This document shows positions 55,862 to 64,000 of a stretch of 64,000 bases of DNA, one piece after another; within the stretch, counting starts at the first letter, position 1, and the number at the start of each line of letters is the position of its first letter. The DNA is from a bacterium (GTDB lineage: Bacteria > UBA8248), in assembly GCA_965203325.1 (NCBI GenBank), contig OZ241875.1, positions 2,816,001-2,880,000 on the forward strand. Reading direction: 5' to 3'. The position numbers and the translations under genes were made by a program. Under the pieces are notes generated by a model. That model had not been told where the DNA came from and did not search any database. It saw only the letters and a list, made by a program, of their open reading frames with translations.

Positions 55862-57214
55862 ATGAAAAAGAGGAGACACGTGAACTCTCTCATCGCCCGG
55901 ACCATTCCCGTTCTCATCATTCTTGCATCTTTCGGCTTGAATATCGCCGCTTCCGAAGCCGGGCGTCCGCGCAAGCGTCCTCCGCCGCTGGTATCCGTGG
56001 CGAAGGTGATCGAACGCGAGGTGAGAAACCGCCTCACCGCCGTGGGCAGCGTGGCGCCTTACCGCCGCTCGGTCGTGAGCAGCGAGCTCGAGGGCCGGGT
56101 GCAGTCCGCACCGCTCAAGGTGGGTGATTTCGTCCGCGCGAACAAGACGGTGCTCGCCACGGTGGGGCGTTCGGGGCTCCAGATTGACCTGCGCATCCTG
56201 CGGGCGGAACTCGAGAAGGCGCGACAGGACCTTCTGCGCCTGGAGCGCGGAAAACGCCCCGAGGAAATAGCGGCGCTCCAAGCCAAGGTGCGCGAGCGCG
56301 AAGCGCAGATGAGGAACAACGAGCTTGAACTCAACCGCGCGCGGGATCTGTATGAGAAAAAAATTCTGGACAAGGCCAGCCTCGATCGCGCCGAAGCCGC
56401 CTACGAGGCCAGCTGGCAGTTGTTCGAAGAGGCCTCCCGAAATCTCGAGCTCGCCAGACTCGGCCCCCGGCGGGAGGAGAAGGCTCGCGCCAAGGCGGAA
56501 GTGGACAGGGTGCGGGCGCGCGTCGCCCGGGTGCGCGACGATCTGGCCAAGACGAAAATTCGTTCCCCGCTGACCGGCTTTATCACCCAGGAGTGGGTGG
56601 AGGTCGGCCAGTGGCTCACCAAGGGCGGCCGCGTGGCCGAGGTCATCGAGCTCGACAGGGTGCTGGTGCAGGCCCCGATTGCGGAGCGGCGCATATCCCT
56701 GGTGCGCGTGGGCGGTGAAGCGCGCGTCGTCGTCGACGCGCTGGGAAGCCGGGCGTTCAAGGGCCGGGTGCGGGGGGTTATCCCCAAGGCGGACCCCAAG
56801 AGCCGCACCTTCCCGGTGGAAGTCGAAATTAAAAACACCGAGTCCTACGACCTCAAGGCCGGCATGTTCGCCCGCCTGAGCCTCGAGTACGGTAAAGCGG
56901 CCAGAATGGTTCTGGTGCCCAAGGATGCGTTGATCTTGAGAGCGCGAGGGCCTTCGGTCTTCGTCTTCGAGAAAGGGCGCGTTCGCGAGGTTTCCTTCGC
57001 GCAGGGCAGAAGCGTGGATTCTTTTATGGAGGTAACGGGCGGCGCACTCAGGGCCGGCATGCAGGTGGTTGTGAAAGGTAATGAAAACTTGAGAGCCGGG
57101 ATGCCCGTTCGTCTTCAGGGCCGGGGCGGCCGGCCCGGCGCGCGAGGCCGCGGAGGCGCTCCGCGCAGAGGCGGAAAGCCCGCAGCGAGTTCCCGGCGCG
57201 GAACCGGGGGATGA
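55862..57214 (+). CDS. RND efflux periplasmic adaptor (MFP)
   Basis: Lipoyl-like halves, long coiled coil, IRSPLTG, SRTFPV, LKAGMF, LVPKDAL; Gly/Arg-rich tail. Confidence 0.92.
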   Translation: MKKRRHVNSLIARTIPVLIILASFGLNIAASEAGRPRKRPPPLVSVAKVIEREVRNRLTAVGSVAPYRRSVVSSELEGRVQSAPLKVGDFVRANKTVLATVGRSGLQIDLRILRAELEKARQDLLRLERGKRPEEIAALQAKVREREAQMRNNELELNRARDLYEKKILDKASLDRAEAAYEASWQLFEEASRNLELARLGPRREEKARAKAEVDRVRARVARVRDDLAKTKIRSPLTGFITQEWVEVGQWLTKGGRVAEVIELDRVLVQAPIAERRISLVRVGGEARVVVDALGSRAFKGRVRGVIPKADPKSRTFPVEVEIKNTESYDLKAGMFARLSLEYGKAARMVLVPKDALILRARGPSVFVFEKGRVREVSFAQGRSVDSFMEVTGGALRAGMQVVVKGNENLRAGMPVRLQGRGGRPGARGRGGAPRRGGKPAASSRRGTGG

Positions 57215-57331
57215 AGCGCATCCGCCTGATGCCGATTTGTTGTGTGTATGTAAAGGCTTGAATGCGGTGGAGAGGGATGAACGCCGCTTTATCTTGCCAG
57301 ACAACGCAGAGCCGCCGATGAAGGAGAGGGC

Positions 57332-60300
57332 ATGAATCTGCCCCGCGCGAGTGTCAAATATCCGGTCACGACCACCGTCGGGGTCATTCTGGCGGTGCTC
57401 TTCGGCGCCATCAGCCTCTACTGGATTCCGGTGCAGATGACGCCCACGATCGACAGGCCCGTCATCACGGTGGAGACCGAATACAGGGGCGCTGCGCCGC
57501 TGGAGGTGGAAGAAGAGGTGTCGAAGCCCATCGAGGAGAAGCTCACCTCGGTGGAGGGCCTGAACCGGATGACCTCGCGCAGCGAGGAGGGCAAGTCGCG
57601 CGTCTTTCTCGAATTCGACTGGGACGTGAACAAGGACGTGGCCCGCCTCGACGTCTCGGAAAAGCTGGGCCTCGTGCGCAACCTGCCCGATGATTCGGAC
57701 CGCTCCACCATCAACGCGCTCAACTCGGATTCCGAGAACCCCATCGCCTGGATGGTCGTCGAGACAAAGCTGCCCATCAACGAGGTTCGTATAGAGGCGG
57801 ATAACGTCATCCGCCCCAAGCTCGAGCGCGTAGAAGGCGTGGGTCAGGTGTGGATGTTCGGCGGCCAGGAAAGGGAGGTGCGCGTTACGCTCGATTACGC
57901 GGCCATGAGCGCGCGCGGAATCACGGTTTCCGCCCTGAGGGCGGCATTGCAGCGCGAGAACAAGAACACGAAGGCGGGGAAGATCGACGAGGGCAAGCGC
58001 AGCTATTCGGTGCGCACGGTGGGCAATTTCACCCGTCTCGAGCAGTTGCGCAACACCATCATCGCGCAAAACGCGAGCGGGGCCGTCTACCTGCGCGACG
58101 TCGCGAAGGTTTCATTCGACTACGGCGACCTCCAGCGGCGGATCCGCCTCCGGCAAGTGCCTACCATGGCTTTCGGAGCCTTGAGAAAAACCGGGGCCAA
58201 CACCATCGAGGTGATGGCGGGGGTCAAAAAGGCGATAGCCGAGATCAACGAAGTCTACGCGGGGCGCGGCATCAGGCTCAGGCAGGTCTATGACGAGACC
58301 GTCTACATCGACCAGTCCCGCTCCCTGGTAACAAACAACATCTTCATAGGCGGCATATTGGCGATAGGCGTGCTGCTCCTGTTCCTGGGCAGTCTTTCGA
58401 GCGTCATGATCATCGGCGTCGCGATCCCGGTCACCGTAGTCTCCACGTTCATCTTTATCTTCGTGCTGGGCCGCTCCATCAACATCATCTCGCTCGCGGG
58501 CATGGCGTTCGCCGTCGGCATGGTGGTGGACAACTCCGTCGTGGTGCTGGAGAACATCTTCCGCCACCGCGAGATGGGAAAAAGCAAGTGGGACGCCGCC
58601 GTGGACGGCGCGCAGGAGGTCTGGGGGGCGGTGCTGGCCTCGACACTGACCACGCTGGCCGTCTTCGTCCCCGTGGTGTTCGTCCAGGACGAATCCGGCC
58701 AGCTCTTCCGCGACATCGCCATCGCTATCAGCGTGGCGGTGGCGCTATCCCTCGTCGTGTCGATATCCGTGGTGCCCATGCTGAGTTCGCGCATCCTGAG
58801 CGGCGCAGGGAAGATATCACCGCTGACCCACTTTTTCCGCATCCTGGGGGTGTACGCGCTGGGCAGGCTTTGCCGGCGAATCTACGTGGCCACCCTGGGC
58901 TGGCTCCTTCGCGGGGTGGTGAGGCGCGTCTTCGTGGCCGCGCTCATCACGGCGGGCGCGGTCGCCGTGGCGGTCTTGTCCTTTCCTCCCATCGACTATC
59001 TGCCCAAGGGAAACCGCAATCTCCTGTTCGTGATCGTGCGCACGCCCGCGGGCCTGAACCTGGAAGAAGTGGACAAGGTCGCGCGAACCCTGGAGGCGAA
59101 GCTCGAGCACGTCAAGGAAATCGACCGGTATTTCGCCGTGGTGCGTACGCAGAATCCTATTTTCGGCATCATCGCCAAGAAGGAATACTCCGATCTCGAC
59201 TCCATGCGCGGTCTTGTGCGCAAGTTGTTCAGAGACCTACAGGGAACGCCCGGGGTGCGCACGTTCGTCACCCAGGCACCACTGTTCCGGCGGCGCGGTT
59301 CGGGCTTCATCGGCGGGATCAATCTTAAGGTTGACATCACGGGAGACAGCTTGAGCGAGATTCAGCGCATCGCCGCCGACGTGGGCGCCAGGGCGCGCGG
59401 GCTCGGGGGCGTTCGCTTCGTCAATTCGAGCTTCGACCTTGGAAACCCCGAGCTCCAGGTGCACGTGGATCGACAGAGGGCGGCGGATTTTGGCGTGTCG
59501 GTCTCGGAACTCGGGAGCGTCGTGGAGACGCTCGTGAACGGAACCAAGGCGGGCATTTTCCGGGATCGCGGAGAGGAACTCGACATCATCCTGCGCGGAC
59601 CGCTTTCGGATTTCACCCAGACGCAGCGGATCGAGGAACTCAAGCTGCACACGCCCGAGGGGCAGATCGTCTCGCTCGGGGATATCGCCCGGGTACAGGC
59701 GGCGCTCGGGCCAACGAAGGTCGAGCACATCGACCGCGACCGCTCCGTGACGCTCACGGTCAACATCGGGAGCGAACTGCCGCTTCAGGTGGCGATCGAC
59801 AGGATGAAGAAAGAGGTCATCGAACCGATGCGCCAGACGCTTCCGCTCGGCTATTCGCTGGGCGTGAGCGGACGGGCGAAGGATCTGGAGCGGACCTGGG
59901 GGTCGCTCAAGTGGTCGCTGCTGCTTGCGCTCCTGATCACCTATCTGCTGATGGCGGCCCTGTTCGAGGCGTGGAGCTATCCGTTCATCATCATGTTCAG
60001 CGTGCCCTTCGCCGCCACGGGCGGCATCCTGATGGTGAGCCTGATGAACACGATAGAACCCTCGGTGAAGATGGACACGCTCACCATGCTGGGCTTCATC
60101 ATCCTGACGGGCATCGTGGTGAACAACGCAATTCTGCTTGTTCACCAGGCGCTGAACCATTTCCGCGCCGGCCTCCCCATGCGCGAGGCGATTCTGGAGA
60201 GCGCGCGCGACAGAATGCGCCCCATCTTCATGACGACCACGACGACCGTGCTCGGCATGTTGCCTCTCGTGATCTCCTCGGGTTCGGGCAGCGAACTCTA

Positions 60301-60523
60301 CCGGGGGCTGGGCTCGGCCGTCCTGGGCGGGCTGGCCATGTCCACGATCTTCACCCTGCTGCTGATCCCGGTCGTCTTCTCGCTGTGGGTGGATTTCCTG
60401 GCGCTCATCCGGCCGGCCAGCTTCGCCGCTGCGCCGGCAGCTGCGCCGAGCGGCGCAAGCGGCGCGCCTTCTGAGCGCGTGAGACCGCGAAAATCCGTCA
60501 ACCTCATCGGAGACGAGGACTAA
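57332..60523 (+). CDS. RND efflux transporter (AcrB/AcrD/AcrF family)
   Basis: GMVVDNSVVVLENI, ASTLTT, GIVVNNAILL, RMRPIFMTT; 1063 aa. Confidence 0.95.
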   Translation: MNLPRASVKYPVTTTVGVILAVLFGAISLYWIPVQMTPTIDRPVITVETEYRGAAPLEVEEEVSKPIEEKLTSVEGLNRMTSRSEEGKSRVFLEFDWDVNKDVARLDVSEKLGLVRNLPDDSDRSTINALNSDSENPIAWMVVETKLPINEVRIEADNVIRPKLERVEGVGQVWMFGGQEREVRVTLDYAAMSARGITVSALRAALQRENKNTKAGKIDEGKRSYSVRTVGNFTRLEQLRNTIIAQNASGAVYLRDVAKVSFDYGDLQRRIRLRQVPTMAFGALRKTGANTIEVMAGVKKAIAEINEVYAGRGIRLRQVYDETVYIDQSRSLVTNNIFIGGILAIGVLLLFLGSLSSVMIIGVAIPVTVVSTFIFIFVLGRSINIISLAGMAFAVGMVVDNSVVVLENIFRHREMGKSKWDAAVDGAQEVWGAVLASTLTTLAVFVPVVFVQDESGQLFRDIAIAISVAVALSLVVSISVVPMLSSRILSGAGKISPLTHFFRILGVYALGRLCRRIYVATLGWLLRGVVRRVFVAALITAGAVAVAVLSFPPIDYLPKGNRNLLFVIVRTPAGLNLEEVDKVARTLEAKLEHVKEIDRYFAVVRTQNPIFGIIAKKEYSDLDSMRGLVRKLFRDLQGTPGVRTFVTQAPLFRRRGSGFIGGINLKVDITGDSLSEIQRIAADVGARARGLGGVRFVNSSFDLGNPELQVHVDRQRAADFGVSVSELGSVVETLVNGTKAGIFRDRGEELDIILRGPLSDFTQTQRIEELKLHTPEGQIVSLGDIARVQAALGPTKVEHIDRDRSVTLTVNIGSELPLQVAIDRMKKEVIEPMRQTLPLGYSLGVSGRAKDLERTWGSLKWSLLLALLITYLLMAALFEAWSYPFIIMFSVPFAATGGILMVSLMNTIEPSVKMDTLTMLGFIILTGIVVNNAILLVHQALNHFRAGLPMREAILESARDRMRPIFMTTTTTVLGMLPLVISSGSGSELYRGLGSAVLGGLAMSTIFTLLLIPVVFSLWVDFLALIRPASFAAAPAAAPSGASGAPSERVRPRKSVNLIGDED

Positions 60524-61317
60524 CCGTCCGCCTCAGCCAGAAACGCATCCACGGCCGCGTTCCACTCGGTGTGTGAGCGGCGGTAGCTGTAGTGGCCACC
60601 TTCCTCCAGAATCACGAGCTCAGAACCCGCTATCGCCTTTTGTAAGTCCTGGGCGAAATAGGGCGGGGTGAGGGCGTCGTCCTTGGCGGCGATGATGAGC
60701 GAAGGCTTGTCGATCTTGTGAATCTCGGACGTTCTGTCGTGGGTGAGCGTCATGTCGAGCCGCGCGGTGATGACGTCCACCGGCGCGATGGTGTCTTTCT
60801 GGCGCGCTTCGAGCTCCAGGAGGTTCTCGTACATGTTCACGAACTGCGTCCACCCGCACGTCCAGAGCGAACTGAACTTGATGTATTCCTCGAGCCCGTA
60901 AGCCTCGGCGATCTGCTTGCGCGAGGTCTGGAGGCGCGTCATGTAGGGGTCCGCCGTCGTCCATGTATTGGTGAAAACGCAGCAGCCTATCCGGTCGGGA
61001 TAATCGAGCGCCAGGTTTTGCAGAATGCAGCCTCCAGTTGATGTGCCCGCCACGTGGGCCTTCTCGATTCCCAGCGTGTCGAGCAGGGCGACCGCGTCCT
61101 GCGCGATGATGCCTGTGGAGTAGGCGTCCCTGGGCTTGTCGCTCTCGCCCGTCCCCCGGTGGTCGAAGGTGATGCAGCGGTAGCGCTCCGAGAAATGAGG
61201 CATCTGGAAATCCCAGGCGTCGAGGAGACCCATGAGGCCGGGGATGAACAAAAACGCCTCCCCCTCTCCTCGTTCCGCGTAGTTAAGCTGCACTTCACCG
61301 GCTTGAATGCGTGGCAT
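60520..61317 (-). CDS. Alpha/beta hydrolase (RutD/PcaD-like)
   Basis: FDHRGTGES, GTSTGG nucleophile, DALTP, GGH. Confidence 0.88.
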   Translation of the reverse strand: MPRIQAGEVQLNYAERGEGEAFLFIPGLMGLLDAWDFQMPHFSERYRCITFDHRGTGESDKPRDAYSTGIIAQDAVALLDTLGIEKAHVAGTSTGGCILQNLALDYPDRIGCCVFTNTWTTADPYMTRLQTSRKQIAEAYGLEEYIKFSSLWTCGWTQFVNMYENLLELEARQKDTIAPVDVITARLDMTLTHDRTSEIHKIDKPSLIIAAKDDALTPPYFAQDLQKAIAGSELVILEEGGHYSYRRSHTEWNAAVDAFLAEADG

Positions 61318-61334
61318 GACTTCTCCTTATCGGT

Positions 61335-62348
61335 TTATTCGTTCTCGTCGTTCAGGATTTCAGCCACCTCCACCCGGCGTCCCTCTTTCGCTGAGCGCAC
61401 GCCCGCGCGGATGACGGCGAGTGAGGATGTGGCGGCATCGCCTTCCATCTCGGGCGCAGCACCTCCGCGAACGGCGTCCGCGAACTCCTCAAGCTCCTCC
61501 TTGATGGTGTCGTTTTTCTCACACGCCACCGCTTGGGGCGCCTTCTCGCCCCGGTAGAGGACGCGCAGGCCGTCGAAGAGCGTGTAGGAGGCCGTGGCCG
61601 TCTTCCCGTAGATGTTCATGAGGTAGTACTCGGACGCCGAGGCGTAGCTCGCCGTCAGGTTCGAGATGGCGCCCGATTCGTGCTCGAGGATAAGGTTCGC
61701 CACGTCGGGGTTGTCACCGGGCAGGACGAGTTGCGCCGTGCGGCCCGAGACGGCGGCGATGGGACCCATGATGTAGGTCAGCACGTCGGCGTAGTGGATG
61801 CCGATCTGGAGCATGACGCCGCCCGGCATGGCGTCAGCCTGGTAGCGCCAGTGGCCGAGTTCGAACTGGCCCTCCCTGTCCCTGCTGATGTTGCACTCCG
61901 CCTGCACGAGTCTGCCGAATTCACCTGCGTCTATCTTCTCCTTGATCCAGCGGAAGTGGTTCTCCCGCCGCCTCTGGTAGCCGATGGCGAGCACCACGCC
62001 GGCCTCCGCGCAGGCGCGGGTGAGGGCCTTCCCGTCGGAGACGGTGTGGGCGATGGGTTTGTCGAGAAAAACGTGCTTGCCCGCCTCGGCCGCCGCTTTC
62101 GTGGATTCGAGGTGCACGTGGTTCGGCGTGGTGTTGATGATGGCCTCGATAGAGTCATCCGCCAGAATTTCCTCATAGCTCCCCGCCGGCTCGCAACCGT
62201 ATTTTTTGGCGAAGGCCGCGCGCTTGTCTTCCGAACGCGTGAAGCAGGCGGCGATCTCGATCTTGTCGGTTCGGCCGATAGCGTCCGCCAGAACGTCCGA
62301 CCACCAGCCCATGCCGAGCGAGGCCACCCTCAGGGGTTTGGAACTCAT
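61335..62348 (-). CDS. Gfo/Idh/MocA family oxidoreductase
   Basis: GMGWW, TPNHVH, GKHVFLDKP, GYQRR, GIHYAD. Confidence 0.92.
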   Translation of the reverse strand: MSSKPLRVASLGMGWWSDVLADAIGRTDKIEIAACFTRSEDKRAAFAKKYGCEPAGSYEEILADDSIEAIINTTPNHVHLESTKAAAEAGKHVFLDKPIAHTVSDGKALTRACAEAGVVLAIGYQRRRENHFRWIKEKIDAGEFGRLVQAECNISRDREGQFELGHWRYQADAMPGGVMLQIGIHYADVLTYIMGPIAAVSGRTAQLVLPGDNPDVANLILEHESGAISNLTASYASASEYYLMNIYGKTATASYTLFDGLRVLYRGEKAPQAVACEKNDTIKEELEEFADAVRGGAAPEMEGDAATSSLAVIRAGVRSAKEGRRVEVAEILNDENE

Positions 62349-62439
62349 TGTCGGTATGACTCCTTATATAAGCAGATTGAAAAGATGAATCATGTTTTTC
62401 CGGGTATCCTGAAAAGCGGCACGAAGCGATGTCCTGTAA

Positions 62440-62877
62440 TCAGAAAGAAGCGCCCACGGCTTCCACGGCCACGCGCGCGATGGCTTCGTCCTGCTCCCAG
62501 TCGCCCCCGCTCACGCCGATGCCGCCCAGACACTCGCCCTCATAGAGAATCGGGAACCCGCCCTCCATCGCCGTCCATCGATCGGGACCCGCGGCGAGGG
62601 CCAGACCCAGGGCATGGGCGGTGTCGAGATGTTGCGCCTGCGCGCCCTGCGTGGTGGTGGGCCGCTTGTTCGAGGCCGAACAGACCGCCTTGGTGGTGGA
62701 TGAGTGAACGGTATGAAAGCGCCCACCGTCCATGCGCTCGAGCAGGACGAGGTGTCCGCCCGCGTCGGCGATGGCCACGGTGACGGGGATGCCGAACTCC
62801 TCCGCCTTGGCGATGGCGGCGGCCATCATCTGCTTGGCCCCCTTGGTGGTGAGTCGATGGGTACGGGCGAATGGCAT
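62440..62877 (-). CDS. GlcG/HbpS family heme-binding protein
   Basis: VAIADAGGH, ERMDG, KA..SA, GGFPI, GGIGVSGG, DEAIA. Confidence 0.9.
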   Translation of the reverse strand: MPFARTHRLTTKGAKQMMAAAIAKAEEFGIPVTVAIADAGGHLVLLERMDGGRFHTVHSSTTKAVCSASNKRPTTTQGAQAQHLDTAHALGLALAAGPDRWTAMEGGFPILYEGECLGGIGVSGGDWEQDEAIARVAVEAVGASF

Positions 62878-63044
62878 GTGTACATCTCCTGTATCTGTGG
62901 GCTACCCGTGAAGCGAGCGAAATTTTCCTCTTTTAACAATTCATCCGTCTTTTGTCGACGATTCGGGTCTTGCGTCCGCACAGCCCTTGCGACGGAGCAA
63001 GGCCTCCTCCATGATGCGCGCACTTGCGGAAGAGGAGAACAGGA

Positions 63045-63818
63045 GTGTCAGGCGTCGTTTCGTTCATCGAAGAGATTGCGCACAAGGCGGGCGCGCGCGC
63101 AGTGGAGTTGTTCGGCTGCGTGGAGGCGGAACCCAAAGGGCGCAGCATCGTCTCGCGCGCCGACAGGGAGGTCGAGCGCATGATCATCGGAGAGATTCGC
63201 GCGGCGTATCCAGATGATCCTGTCTTGGCGGAGGAAAGCGGCGTGAGCGGCGCGGGCGATATTGGGCCGGATACCCGCTGGTGGGCGATAGACCCCATCG
63301 ACGGCACGGGCCCCTATCTCAAGGGACTTCCCTTCTGGGCGGTGTCCATCGCGTGTCTGAGAGGCTCGCGCGTCGAGGCGGGCGTCGTCCACATGCCCGC
63401 GATGGGGGAGACCTTCACGGGAGACGCCAAAGGCCCCGCACTGAGAAACGGCGCGCCGCTGCCGCAAGTCGGCCAGGAAGTACCCGGCGCGCACGATTAT
63501 CTCTTCGTGCCGTGCGCCGAGGTGGAAGGCCTCTCGCACCGATACCCCGGGCGCTTTCTGGCGCTGGCCTCCGCCGCCTGCCATATCTGCCTCACGGCGG
63601 CGGGTTCGGCATTCGGTACGCTGATGGAGCCGATACGCGCCTATGACTTCGCCGCCGGGGCGCTCATCTGCGAGCGCGCAGGGGGTGCTGTGCGCTATCT
63701 CTCGGGAGCGGAGATCGACTACGCCGCGCTGGCCGACGGACGCCGCGCGCCCGAACCCGTCCTCGCCGCGCCTGAAGGGCAGTTCGACTGGCTTAAGAGC
63801 AAGGTTTCCTGGGGGTAA
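63045..63818 (+). CDS. Inositol monophosphatase family protein
   Basis: ADREVE, LAEE, WAIDPIDGT, YDFAAG; start at GTG 63045 after GAGGAG. Confidence 0.9.
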   Translation: MSGVVSFIEEIAHKAGARAVELFGCVEAEPKGRSIVSRADREVERMIIGEIRAAYPDDPVLAEESGVSGAGDIGPDTRWWAIDPIDGTGPYLKGLPFWAVSIACLRGSRVEAGVVHMPAMGETFTGDAKGPALRNGAPLPQVGQEVPGAHDYLFVPCAEVEGLSHRYPGRFLALASAACHICLTAAGSAFGTLMEPIRAYDFAAGALICERAGGAVRYLSGAEIDYAALADGRRAPEPVLAAPEGQFDWLKSKVSWG

Positions 63819-63819
63819 T

Positions 63820-63898
63820 GTGGGGGGAGGACACACAGGTCCTCCCCTACGAATGCGGAGCGTTCTCGCCGTAGGGACAGGTCGCGACCTGCCCCTAC
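63820..63898. repeat. Pair of GTAG-type REP palindromes
   Basis: 63820-63850 reads GTAGGGGAGGACCTGTGTGTCCTCCCCCCAC on minus; 63871-63898 GTAGGGACAGGTCGCGACCTGCCCCTAC on plus (1 mismatch to 22294). Confidence 0.75.
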
Positions 63899-63957
63899 AA
63901 TTCCTCTACTTGCAGGGGGTCTTATACGGACTTTTTCAGCAACCCCTTACGCCAAGT

Positions 63958-64000
63958 CTACATCCACATGCCCGCGCGCTGCATCATCTGGTCGAGCTGG
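63958..64000 (-). CDS. 3' end of an unidentified gene entering from the right edge
   Basis: Minus frame QLDQMMQRAGMWM-stop, convergent on the REP pair; too short to identify. Confidence 0.35.
   Translation of the reverse strand, partial: QLDQMMQRAGMWM

Noticed and set aside
55781..58069. 762-aa minus-strand ORF, and similar ones at 20776..22257 and 50271..51803
   Set aside because: Antisense to well-supported genes (RND pair, rarA, SSS).
55862..60523. RND pump as exporter of the PKS product; missing outer-membrane factor
   Set aside because: 35 kb from the cluster; sharing a TolC-like protein encoded elsewhere is common.

Overview
GC-rich bacterial window. Bases 1.7-20.3 kb hold a lipid/polyketide locus. 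On the minus strand is a complete sup-type (sponge symbiont ubiquitous PKS) operon: a 3.46-kaa type I PKS (KS-AT-DH-cMT-ER-KR-ACP-KS-inactive AT), discrete ACP, Sfp-type PPTase, an internally deleted hydrolase remnant, an NCS2 permease with a C-terminal HATPase-like domain, a second ACP and an intact alpha/beta hydrolase. Converging on it is a plus-strand three-gene operon: two paralogous PhyH-fold Fe(II)/2-oxoglutarate enzymes, both with His-X-Gly instead of His-X-Asp (the halogenase signature), and a Rieske oxygenase. My best candidate for an undescribed system is this pairing, which could make halogenated methyl-branched fatty acids; the functional link is inference from adjacency. The rest is mostly housekeeping: tsaC, purE, RidA, rarA, pyrF, UDG4, coaBC, gmk, yicC, rqcH, hemW, a GAF-sigma54 activator, VOC proteins, cbtA, USP behind a consensus sigma54 promoter, a RimK-like ligase, proA, an A1-type cytochrome c oxidase operon, tRNA-Arg(ACG), an SSS transporter cluster, tandem-domain thyX, an RND pump and small catabolic genes. 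GTAG/CGTC REP-like palindromes and a nested MITE-like element lie between genes. All calls are from motif reading only; no searches were run.
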